A program made the position numbers and the translations under genes. Below are positions 45,513-54,019 of a stretch of 64,000 nt of DNA, piece by piece. The first letter of the stretch is position 1. Each line of letters begins with the position of its first letter. The stretch is from assembly GCA_043775635.1 (NCBI GenBank), contig JAYVSE010000111.1, positions 11,002 through 75,001 on the forward strand, in the 5' to 3' direction. Source of the DNA: Planctomycetaceae bacterium (GTDB lineage: Bacteria; Planctomycetota; Planctomycetia; Pirellulales; Pirellulaceae). The notes beneath the pieces were generated by a model. The model did no database searches. It was not told the DNA's origin and saw nothing but the letters and a program-made list of their open reading frames with translations.

Positions 45513-46472
45513 GTGAAACACGAAAATGGCGGTCTTCAAGACCACCCACTCAATCGCCTTCCAGGTTTCAACAGGTTCCTGCAGGTCGCTGCGGGCGATG
45601 GACGATGGTCCGACGAAGAACTTGCCCTGAAAAGTTCTTCTCCGTGGTGGCTTCTTCGTGAGGCGCAAGCATTCATCGCATTAGCGAGAGTCCATGACGC
45701 GCCCGAGTGGATTTCGATCAGGATCAAAGCGGCCGTTAAATGTGTTCGGGAACTTCCCGAACTGGATATGCAAAGTGCGGCCATCGAACTCTTGCAGTTG
45801 GATTTGCCCGACGAATTGAAAATGGTATTGCACCACACCTGGTCAACAGCCTTCGTTCAACCATCGAAACCTCGATGGAACGGCATATACGTTCTCGGTA
45901 CGCTCGCGGCGGCTTGTCTGATTCCCTTCATCATCTTGGGCGCTAAGAACTGGTTGCCGCAACTTCTATCTCCCGACAGCAGAGTGAAGCAGTCATCGAT
46001 TCTCGCTTCACTGACGCTTTCCGGTCATTCAAAGGGCGACGAGGCGACGACGGTCCATAGCCTGGACAAGTATGTGTTTGAGGCCAAATCACGAACCGAA
46101 CTCCCGTTTGGCTGGCTGGTGGCCATGGATGACGAGGCTGCGATGATGCGGCAGTTTTCCAAGAACTCCGGAAATGAAATCGTTCTCACTCATCATGGTC
46201 AGTTCGATGTCCGTGAGTGTCACGAGTTCTTCGCGGTCATCCTTGCGGACAATGACTTTGGCCCCCTTCATTCGGAGGATGTTGATTGGCTTTCACCGGA
46301 GCAGATTGCCGGATTGCAGCAGCTTGCCGAAAACAGCTCCAGCGCTATGGCGGCCGAAGCGATCATCGAGCGCGCATTGCGTGACTCAGGGTTTGCAGGG
46401 ACATTGCGTTTGTCCGTCCATCACTACAAGCACCTGCTTACACAGCGACCAAAGAGCATAACTGATGAGTGA
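45513..46472 (+). CDS. Single-pass membrane protein (positionally anti-sigma-like)
   Basis: GTG start. One TM segment (IYVLGTLAAACLIPFIILGA) separates an N-terminal domain of about 120 aa from a C-terminal domain of about 180 aa. Confidence 0.5.
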   Translation: MKHENGGLQDHPLNRLPGFNRFLQVAAGDGRWSDEELALKSSSPWWLLREAQAFIALARVHDAPEWISIRIKAAVKCVRELPELDMQSAAIELLQLDLPDELKMVLHHTWSTAFVQPSKPRWNGIYVLGTLAAACLIPFIILGAKNWLPQLLSPDSRVKQSSILASLTLSGHSKGDEATTVHSLDKYVFEAKSRTELPFGWLVAMDDEAAMMRQFSKNSGNEIVLTHHGQFDVRECHEFFAVILADNDFGPLHSEDVDWLSPEQIAGLQQLAENSSSAMAAEAIIERALRDSGFAGTLRLSVHHYKHLLTQRPKSITDE

Positions 46473-46555
46473 GACGAACTTCATCGTCAGTGACGATTTC
46501 AGTGAATAGCGAATGCCCGGACTGAATCAAGAATACCCCTACTGAAGGATATCAC

Positions 46556-48646
46556 ATGACCTCCAGAACTATCCGGCGCTGCGTGATGTGGGTCGCGGTT
46601 TTTTCCGCCTGCGCGCCGCATCAGGTTGAGGCGCAAGCCATTTCGAAAGTGCCCCACCCCAAGAACGGAAAACCCGCAGCCTTCTTTGGTGTACTTAAGG
46701 ACTATCCAAGGGAGCTGACCTATCCGGTGGAGTCCGGGATCGCATTGGCGAATGGTCTTCATGACTGCGGTTATCGCGTCACCCTGACGACCGGGAAAGA
46801 CTGTATTCAGAACGCCACAGCCAAGTTGAATGCGAGTATTGATGCCTCGCAGGAAAGCTCTTCGGTGGCCGAGTTGGGCGTTCAGATCGACAATTGGCTG
46901 AAATCGGTTTTTGAAGGACCGACGCGGGCTCCATTCGGATTGTTGGTCCTCAGCGGGCACGGCGAAGTGCGGAACGGTGAGCAATTCTTCATGACACCAA
47001 CCGATAGGGCCGGGGAAGGTGGGCTCAGCATTCGCGGCTTGCAAACTGCGATTGGTTCTCGACGCCTGCCAGTGGTCTTAATTATCGACTGTTGTCGGTC
47101 GATGGAAAACGCAAATCCCAGCCCGGTGCTTTCGCCGAATGAAAATGAACCCAAGGGGCACGAACGGACTGATGTCTCGACGGGTATGAACAAGTCATCC
47201 GTGGAGGCAATGGTCAAGAGAAGCAGGGGAAACCGATTTCAAATCAACCGACGTAAAGGTGACGTTGATGACAAACATGCGAAGTGGAGTCCGTTGACCG
47301 TCTATGCCACTGCCCCACTACGTCCCGCAGCCGACACGCAGTTTGACCTGTTGGGAACGCTCGCGCTGGGTTTGAAAGATCCGGAGGGGCCCGCCGCTTT
47401 CGAGGCGAGGCTGCACTCAACGATTCCCTTAGAGCATCTAGGGAGACGATTTCGCGATCAAGACCTCTCGCTTTGCATCTGGTTCAACTATGCCATGGTG
47501 CGAATTGGAACCATGTCGGAGAGCGAACAAGTTGTTCACGTTGAACGCGGTTACATCGATCAGTCGATGGTCATCGCGGCACGGGACGGCATCTATGACA
47601 CCCAACCTCCAATTGACTTGTTGGCGAGTTGGAGGGAGTTCGCAGCGGCGGACTTGGCCACCGATGTCGATGCTCCGAACCACGTCGTGATTACCCGGAC
47701 CCCCGGAACCCGCACGGGTCGTTTGAGCGCCACTTCGTTTTTGGATTCTGTGGATGTCAATAACGGAATGTCCGTGTTGATCGAAGTCATGGCGCGGTCG
47801 GACAAAGATCGGAATGACAATGGCCTCATGTGTTTGTTTCAACCGGGCAACAATCTACTGAAGTTGGAACTCTCGCAGTTTTCATCCAGGTGGAGCAAGC
47901 CGCAACCCATTCCATGGAATCGTCCCGCCAGACTAGTCATCCCGCTCGACAATGTTCCAAAGGGAAGCAGCCTTTTGACATCCATGGCCATCTCGGTCGA
48001 TCCTCAATCCGTCGTGAAAGATCCTAACGGTGTGGGAACATGGCCCGAAGGCTGTTCGGTGACAGTCACTCGCATGATCTTGCTAGGAAACAACAACGCG
48101 GCACTGAAATCTGGAATCACCGATGTCTCCACAAGTGCGTATGACTTGGTGCCTCGCACTTGGCTGTTGGACATTCTTCGAGAAAAGAATGAGTCACAGG
48201 TCACCGCAGGCATCGAGTTCCAAGTCACGAAGGCCACATCGAAAGTAAATTCGTCGATTGAACGCACAGACCCACGCACTCGGATATTGAAAATGAGCGT
48301 CTTAAAGGGTGAAAGCGGTCGAGCTGCCGGTAAAGGCGGCCCGATTTATCCGGAGATTCCAGTGGGAGGAAGTCGTTTCCGACTCGAAATGGTCGTCAAG
48401 TCATTCAAACCCACCGACGAGAAGTCGAAGTCGTGCATCGTCATTGTGTTGTTGGAATCCAATGGCAGGACGGCGGCAACAATGATCGAAAATGTCGATC
48501 CTTCAAAAATAGGGAAGAGAATTTATTGCGACATCGACTTCGGCGGAGAAATGAACAGGAGTGGAGTCGCAGATTATCTTGCTCTGACGACCGATGCTGC
48601 TGAGTTGGAACTGTCCTCGCTTGCCATTGTTCCTCAGTCAAAGTGA
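46556..48646 (+). CDS. Secreted caspase-like (peptidase C14 fold) protease with a ~450-aa C-terminal beta-rich extension
   Basis: Signal peptide VMWVAVFSACAPHQVEAQA. Catalytic-dyad context LLVLSGHGEV (His) and LPVVLIIDCCRSM (Cys), in the order and spacing expected for caspase/metacaspase domains. Confidence 0.75.
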   Translation: MTSRTIRRCVMWVAVFSACAPHQVEAQAISKVPHPKNGKPAAFFGVLKDYPRELTYPVESGIALANGLHDCGYRVTLTTGKDCIQNATAKLNASIDASQESSSVAELGVQIDNWLKSVFEGPTRAPFGLLVLSGHGEVRNGEQFFMTPTDRAGEGGLSIRGLQTAIGSRRLPVVLIIDCCRSMENANPSPVLSPNENEPKGHERTDVSTGMNKSSVEAMVKRSRGNRFQINRRKGDVDDKHAKWSPLTVYATAPLRPAADTQFDLLGTLALGLKDPEGPAAFEARLHSTIPLEHLGRRFRDQDLSLCIWFNYAMVRIGTMSESEQVVHVERGYIDQSMVIAARDGIYDTQPPIDLLASWREFAAADLATDVDAPNHVVITRTPGTRTGRLSATSFLDSVDVNNGMSVLIEVMARSDKDRNDNGLMCLFQPGNNLLKLELSQFSSRWSKPQPIPWNRPARLVIPLDNVPKGSSLLTSMAISVDPQSVVKDPNGVGTWPEGCSVTVTRMILLGNNNAALKSGITDVSTSAYDLVPRTWLLDILREKNESQVTAGIEFQVTKATSKVNSSIERTDPRTRILKMSVLKGESGRAAGKGGPIYPEIPVGGSRFRLEMVVKSFKPTDEKSKSCIVIVLLESNGRTAATMIENVDPSKIGKRIYCDIDFGGEMNRSGVADYLALTTDAAELELSSLAIVPQSK

Positions 48647-48685
48647 AACCTAACTTTTGTTCCCTGGATAGACGCTCTTGGGCGT

Positions 48686-48701
48686 CGGCGGGAAACCGCC
48701 G
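48686..48701. terminator. GC hairpin between convergent genes (cggcgg-gaaa-ccgccg)
   Basis: A perfect 6-bp stem with a GAAA loop lies between the caspase-like gene (+) and the RelE-like gene (-). No T-tract. Confidence 0.35.
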
Positions 48702-48718
48702 CGTGCCTGTCCGGGGAG

Positions 48719-48988
48719 CTACTGTCGTCGATCAAGCCACTGGTACACTGCACCGTCGTTGCGTTTTCCGAACGTAACCACCGCGACCGTTTCTTCGTCG
48801 GCACGATAAATCACGCGGTACTCACCGACCGCGATTCGAGAGTAGGGGCTGTTTTGCAACGGTTTGGAATAGTGCGGGGCCGGGTCTGCAAGCAGGTCGA
48901 GGATGGCACCGACCACTTGGCGATACTGTTTGGCGGGTAACTCATCCAATTCCTTGATGACCGCCTTTTGCAGCGAGAGCGTCCTCAT
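48719..48988 (-). CDS. RelE/ParE-family type II toxin
   Basis: LPAKQYRQVVGAILDLLADP...RIAVGEYRVIYRADEETVAVVTFGKRNDGAVY is typical of RelE/ParE. Confidence 0.85.
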   Translation of the reverse strand: MRTLSLQKAVIKELDELPAKQYRQVVGAILDLLADPAPHYSKPLQNSPYSRIAVGEYRVIYRADEETVAVVTFGKRNDGAVYQWLDRRQ

Positions 48989-49242
48989 TCGGACTGACGG
49001 AGTCGATTCGTCAGCAGACGGACCGCGTCAGTATGTCCGACCCATTCGCCCGCCGCTTCGGCAGCCTCCGCACGAGCGATCCAGTACAGGTCTTCGAGTC
49101 GCTGCAAATGCTCGTACTCGACTGGTGAGAGAACGACGGCAACCGGCTTTCCCGATTTCTGAATCGTGATCGGTTCGTCCCTCGTCATCGCGAGGTATTC
49201 GCCGAACTGACTTTTGAAATCACTAGAACTGACATGTTGCAT
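48985..49242 (-). CDS. Phd/YefM-family antitoxin
   Basis: ATG at 49242 gives MQHVSSSDFKSQFGEYLAMTRDEPITIQKSGKPVAVVLSPVEYEHLQ. 4-nt overlap with the toxin gene. Confidence 0.8.
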   Translation of the reverse strand: MQHVSSSDFKSQFGEYLAMTRDEPITIQKSGKPVAVVLSPVEYEHLQRLEDLYWIARAEAAEAAGEWVGHTDAVRLLTNRLRQSE

Positions 49243-49388
49243 GGCTGAATTGTCCTTTTCAGCCAGAATGACACAAGTGGACGATTCGCGCAACCAGTTT
49301 GTTTCCCGGATGAGATAGAGGCAAATAACGTCCTTTGTTTGCCTCTATACTTCTTGCGCATGTTTCCCGAGTGTGGCATGGTCGCGTC

Positions 49389-50375
49389 ATGGAATCCGAC
49401 CCGACGATCTTGTTGCCGATGACCTCAATGGAGCGAACGCACCTTCCGGCGATCACACCTCCCGCTTCGATTCTCGCGGCGGGACCGGCGGCTTCGTTTG
49501 CGTTTGATGAGTTCTTCGGAGCAATGATTTGCAACCGGTACACGCGAGCGGCCTATTTGAATGCAGTGAAGCAGTTCCTCACCTGGGTCGAATCACGCGG
49601 AATCGCATTAGAGCGGATCACACCGGGCATGGTCGGAGCTTATTTCGATCAGCATTCCGGCAGCCTGCCCACCAAGAAACTTCATCTTTCCGCGTTGCGG
49701 AATTTCTGTGACGTGCTGGTCAACCGCCACGTCCTCATCCTAAATCCGGCAGCTACTGTCCGTGGCGAACGCTATCAGGCTATTGAGGGCAAGACACCAG
49801 AGATCACTCGCGACCAGGCCCGCACGTTGCTGGCGTCCATCGACACGTCTCGGCCAGTCGGACTTCGCGACAAAGCACTGATTGCAACGTTGATCTACAC
49901 CGCCGCCCGTGCCGGGGCCGTCGCCAGCTTGCGACTCAAGGACTTCACCCATGACGGCACGCAGTACTCACTTCGTTTCATGGAAAAGGGCGGAAAATCA
50001 CGGTCCATCCCCGTCCGCCACGACTTGCAGCAGTTGCTGCTCGACTATCTGGAAGTCTTCGACGGTCAGTCCGAACCGAAAGACGCACCTTTCTTTCGTT
50101 CGGTTGCCGGTCGAGTCGGCCAATTGACGAGCCAGCCACTCCGCAACATCGACGTGTGCAGGATGATCAAGCGAAGGCTTCGCACCGCTGAGTTGCCTGG
50201 ACATTTCTCGCCGCACTCTTTCCGGGTGGCCACCGTGACGGATCTGTTGACGCAGGGCGTGTCGCTGGAGGACGTGCAGTATCTGGCGGGCCACGCCGAT
50301 CCACGGACGACTCGGCTCTACGACCGGAGGCAGAAGCAGGTGACGCGGAACACGGTGGAGCGGATTTCGATTTGA
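49389..50375 (+). CDS. Tyrosine recombinase / integrase
   Basis: ATG at 49389 (the ORF opens with TTG at 49335). TRAAYLNAVKQFLTWVESRG, GLRDKALIATLIYTAARAGAVASLRLKDF, HSFRVATVTDLLTQGVSLEDVQYLAGHADPRTTRLYDRR. Confidence 0.85.
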   Translation: MESDPTILLPMTSMERTHLPAITPPASILAAGPAASFAFDEFFGAMICNRYTRAAYLNAVKQFLTWVESRGIALERITPGMVGAYFDQHSGSLPTKKLHLSALRNFCDVLVNRHVLILNPAATVRGERYQAIEGKTPEITRDQARTLLASIDTSRPVGLRDKALIATLIYTAARAGAVASLRLKDFTHDGTQYSLRFMEKGGKSRSIPVRHDLQQLLLDYLEVFDGQSEPKDAPFFRSVAGRVGQLTSQPLRNIDVCRMIKRRLRTAELPGHFSPHSFRVATVTDLLTQGVSLEDVQYLAGHADPRTTRLYDRRQKQVTRNTVERISI

Positions 50376-50494
50376 GGATTCCGACAATGTTTTTCGTGAC
50401 GATCGGAGTCACCGTACAGAGGAATTGGAATCGATGGATCACCCGCAACGAACTCTCGGAAAACACTTGTTTTCCGTCATTTGGTAGCTGTCAT

Positions 50495-50547
50495 ATAACT
50501 GTCACATGACTTATGACAATGTTACTGATACGATAATAACTGTCACA
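50495..50547. promoter_or_regulatory. Two perfect 12-nt direct repeats ATAACTGTCACA plus extra TGTCA boxes, between the integrase and the next gene
   Basis: Copies at 50495-50506 and 50536-50547, 41-nt spacing. Additional CTGTCA at 50488-50493 and an inverted TGACA at 50513-50517. The downstream ATG is at 50559. Confidence 0.55.
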
Positions 50548-50558
50548 CACACGCAGAC

Positions 50559-51119
50559 ATGAGTGTGATACAATCATCAATAACAGCATTCACAATCATC
50601 GAGCGCAATATGACCGATACAGGAAAAGACACCCGCAAACGACCAGGCATCCTCGAATTGGTCTCCGGAACCGCGATTGGTGCAGGAACGGGATTTTTTG
50701 GATGGGTCTTTCATATTCAACCGACTCACATGCTGGATCAGGCGAAAGCAGTTCAACAAGCAACCGCCACTGGCGAACTGGCGAGGAACGCACTGCAAAT
50801 CGCGGGACTTGCGCATCCTCCAAGCCACACAAATGAGGCTGCCTGCGAGAAATACAGGGGCGCTCTCGCGAAGGCCGTCAATGGTGTCAAGCGGTCAGTC
50901 ACGATCCAAACAATTGACAAAGTCGAACTTGGGGTAATCGCCGTTGGCGCGGGGCTTGCCGCTGGCTACCTGATCAACAAATGGCGCAACTATGGTGTAC
51001 CGAGTCCCGAGAACGAGGCAGCTTCATCGGAGCAGTCACACGCTTATCGTCAGCTAATGCCCGGTATCGCTCGCAATGATATGGTGGGTCATGGTACACG
51101 ACAAGGGCCAAGACCATGA
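50559..51119 (+). CDS. Two-TM membrane protein, hypothetical
   Basis: LVSGTAIGAGTGFFGWVF and LGVIAVGAGLAAGYLI. Low-GC region. ATGA overlap with the next gene. Confidence 0.5.
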   Translation: MSVIQSSITAFTIIERNMTDTGKDTRKRPGILELVSGTAIGAGTGFFGWVFHIQPTHMLDQAKAVQQATATGELARNALQIAGLAHPPSHTNEAACEKYRGALAKAVNGVKRSVTIQTIDKVELGVIAVGAGLAAGYLINKWRNYGVPSPENEAASSEQSHAYRQLMPGIARNDMVGHGTRQGPRP

Positions 51120-51502
51120 CATCCCAGAATGCAACTGACACATATCAATCCATATTCTCCACCCCGCAACGTGACTGTGCTCGGTCATTTGCCTACATCG
51201 ACCAGGTAGGGTCCGCCTTTATAGGTGCCACACTTTGTGGAATCTTGTCATGGCAAGGCAAATCTAATCTACAAATATTATTGATAGCCACGAGCTGTCT
51301 TGCAGGAATAGCTGTCACAAATTATGGAGCTTTCATCCTCAAGAGCCAGTTTGCTACATGTGATGATTTATGTCATCAGCAGCGTCGCAATTCCGACAGT
51401 CCGCCAACAACTGCGTCAACTGTCCTCGCCTCGCACAATCGGGCTTGGGCCAATTGTATCACTCGCCCGATACCCCGAGGTGAATATACAAGTGAAAGAT
51501 GA
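51116..51502 (+). CDS. Two-TM membrane protein, hypothetical
   Basis: GSAFIGATLCGILSW and ILLIATSCLAGIAVTNYGAFIL. Coupled to the previous ORF. Confidence 0.45.
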   Translation: MTSQNATDTYQSIFSTPQRDCARSFAYIDQVGSAFIGATLCGILSWQGKSNLQILLIATSCLAGIAVTNYGAFILKSQFATCDDLCHQQRRNSDSPPTTASTVLASHNRAWANCITRPIPRGEYTSER

Positions 51503-51654
51503 TAATACGGCAACAACAACCTGCATTATCATTGGGATCCACTCCGCTCACCGCTACCGAACCATAAATAACAACCACTTATGCTGCGTCGCAAAAAAAC
51601 TCACGCGCGTCGGCACAAGTGGTTGCGTGGGCCTTGCATTAGCGCCTTCGCTTT

Positions 51655-51888
51655 CTAATCATGATACCGCGCGATTTTCCCAGTAGGAAGCGAGTCTGCG
51701 GGATCGATGTGCTTGTCCTCGTGCGTTATGCCGAGATCATTAAGAGTTTTCTTGACGAATTCGTATACACATCTCGTGGCAACGCTGCCAGCTTGCCAAG
51801 CAATTCCGGCCTGAAACGCGTTTTTAAGCTGAGTTTCGTGGGCCTTGTCAACCATGATCACGCGCTTTAAGGAGTTGAAATTTGGCAT
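51655..51888 (-). CDS. Small hypothetical protein downstream of the dynamin-like operon
   Basis: ORF only, on the same strand as the DLP genes. Confidence 0.3.
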   Translation of the reverse strand: MPNFNSLKRVIMVDKAHETQLKNAFQAGIAWQAGSVATRCVYEFVKKTLNDLGITHEDKHIDPADSLPTGKIARYHD

Positions 51889-52003
51889 TGCCTGTTCCTC
51901 TTGCCGCTGTAATGAAAGTTAGAACAACAAAAAGCGACATGTCTATTGTTCTTGCTGGTACGACCAGCGGTATTTTTAGTGAGAGGTCTCTGTCCCGATG
52001 ATC

Positions 52004-54019
52004 TCATCGCCCAGGAGCACCTTGGAACGCGGCGACCTGCAGTGAATCCACAATAGCACTGATGTTGTCTTCAACGGCGGCGAGCCGATTGCACTCGGAG
52101 TCAAAGCTGTACTGCTCTCGCTGCTTGTTTTCGATCGCTGTGATAAGGCTATTTTCTCTCTCCAAAATGTCTTGGGCAATGTTGCGTGTGACAAGCTCTG
52201 CGAGGCCGTTGAAAGCATCATCAACTTGTTGTCGAAGCTGAGCCGACTGTTCTTCAGCGGGAATGGACTGTACTGCTTGGCGCAGGCCTGCGATGATACC
52301 GCTTTTCATCTTGTTGACCGTTGCACCCTGCCGCCACACTGCCATTACGACGCTGGCAATTGTGCCGATCACGGGTATCATGTGCGCAAAGGCGTGGAAC
52401 ATCATCTCAGCAATGATTCCTGCAACGAGCGGAGCGATGTCAATCGCAATTCCGGCGGCTTCCAGCTTGACGACGGGATTACCGACATCCCATTCCGATG
52501 TTAGCCAGTTTGCAACGATCTCATCGACATCAAGTGTTTGGGGCGAGTCCTGTCCGTCAGTCGTTTCCCCGATTTTGTGAAGAATCTGTCGATACTCATC
52601 CGCCTCAGAAGTGAGGTAGTCGATCAATGTTTTCTGCTCCGTCTTCATCTGGACGGAGGCAACTGTGGTTTGCCATGACTTGAATAATCCCTTAATGAAA
52701 TGTTCGACTTGTGGCTGGAGTTGAGCTCGAATGCGATTCTCAAGTTTGTCTTCCTCTGACCGCATCCAGTCAAGGAGCGGTTGCACAGCGAGTAGGCGTT
52801 CGGTGATTTCAGAAAGGTCGAACGTCTCGACCGTCGCATCAATGTCTGCAGAGCGCATGTGTTCGCGGAGCGAATCGAGCAGCCACTGATAGTATTCCAA
52901 GCCGCGACCGCGCAGAAATGCTTCAATGTGTTTGCGCAACCGCCGTAGACGATCAAGTTCTGGTTCGATTGCCTTCTGTTTTCGTTCCAGTTCCTCGACG
53001 GATTGACCTAGCAGTTTGATCTGAGTCGTCCGATATTCTCCGTAGCGAATATGAGCAGCGCGAGCCGTTTGTAAAGCGAACTCATTTCGCACAGCCGCCC
53101 GTTCTTCTAATAAGAGTTTCTTGAGGCTCATTTCAAACTGGGGTACGCCTGAATCTTGTAGTTGCGTGTTGTCAGTAATTCCCGCTACACGCAAATCCAG
53201 AGCTTGCTTTGCATTGACTGGGAATACTCGTTCGTTGTAGCGGTTGATTCCGTCGATCAGGCAGTAGGAAGAGAGAAGAGTGCGGAAACGCTCTTCGACA
53301 CGTCGTTGATCTTCGGGATCATCCGTCATCTCACTAATCAGGTTCCAGTAATTGATAACGAAGAAGAATGTCGTTTGACGAAGAACGTCGCGCACGAAAT
53401 CAATAAAGTTTCGTTCTTGTTCAGTCATCGGCATAGTCGCGTTGAGGATCATCACGACTGCGTCTGCCTTTTCGAGAAACCGGCTTGTGCGATCTGTTCG
53501 TACCGGGTCGTCATTCAAACCAGGAGAGTCAACGAGTTCGACGCGGTGACGGCAAAGTTCCAGAGGATATTGCACTTCCGCATAATCCACGACTTGGAAT
53601 CGCTCAACATTTACTTTGTCGCGGCCGTGGTGATCTTCTTCCGAAAGAATATATCTTCGTTTGAAGTCATCGAGCGACATGTTTGCTACAGGACTCGCCG
53701 GATCCTTGAAGAGAATCTTCACGCCGGGCTCTTCTGCGTATACCAGTTTAGTCACAATCGCAGTGCTTGGCACCGGTTTCTGTGGCAGAATCTTCTGTCC
53801 CAACATGGCGTTGATCAATGTTGATTTGCCACGATTAAAGTCGCCGACGACGACAATTGTGAAGCGATCCGCAGCGATGCGCTCCGCCTGATGGCGAATG
53901 GTCCGAGCCCGTTCAGCCAGTTCCTTCTCGTGAGACATCAACCCCGCGATCTGCTCCAATCCCATAGCAAGCTGTTGTGCCAGTAGATCGTTCTGCTCCA
54001 AGTCAAGAACGGTTTTCAT
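52004..54019 (-). CDS. Bacterial dynamin-like GTPase (DLP-B)
   Basis: ATG at 54019 overlaps the upstream stop (ATGA). G1 VVVGDFNRGKSTLINAMLG, G2 region PVPSTAIVTKL, G3 LVDSPGLND. The G4 position reads FFVINYWNLI (non-canonical). Hydrophobic paddle: IAPLVAGIIAEMMFHAFAHMIPVIGTIASVVMAVW. Confidence 0.85.
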   Translation of the reverse strand: MKTVLDLEQNDLLAQQLAMGLEQIAGLMSHEKELAERARTIRHQAERIAADRFTIVVVGDFNRGKSTLINAMLGQKILPQKPVPSTAIVTKLVYAEEPGVKILFKDPASPVANMSLDDFKRRYILSEEDHHGRDKVNVERFQVVDYAEVQYPLELCRHRVELVDSPGLNDDPVRTDRTSRFLEKADAVVMILNATMPMTEQERNFIDFVRDVLRQTTFFFVINYWNLISEMTDDPEDQRRVEERFRTLLSSYCLIDGINRYNERVFPVNAKQALDLRVAGITDNTQLQDSGVPQFEMSLKKLLLEERAAVRNEFALQTARAAHIRYGEYRTTQIKLLGQSVEELERKQKAIEPELDRLRRLRKHIEAFLRGRGLEYYQWLLDSLREHMRSADIDATVETFDLSEITERLLAVQPLLDWMRSEEDKLENRIRAQLQPQVEHFIKGLFKSWQTTVASVQMKTEQKTLIDYLTSEADEYRQILHKIGETTDGQDSPQTLDVDEIVANWLTSEWDVGNPVVKLEAAGIAIDIAPLVAGIIAEMMFHAFAHMIPVIGTIASVVMAVWRQGATVNKMKSGIIAGLRQAVQSIPAEEQSAQLRQQVDDAFNGLAELVTRNIAQDILERENSLITAIENKQREQYSFDSECNRLAAVEDNISAIVDSLQVAAFQGAPGR

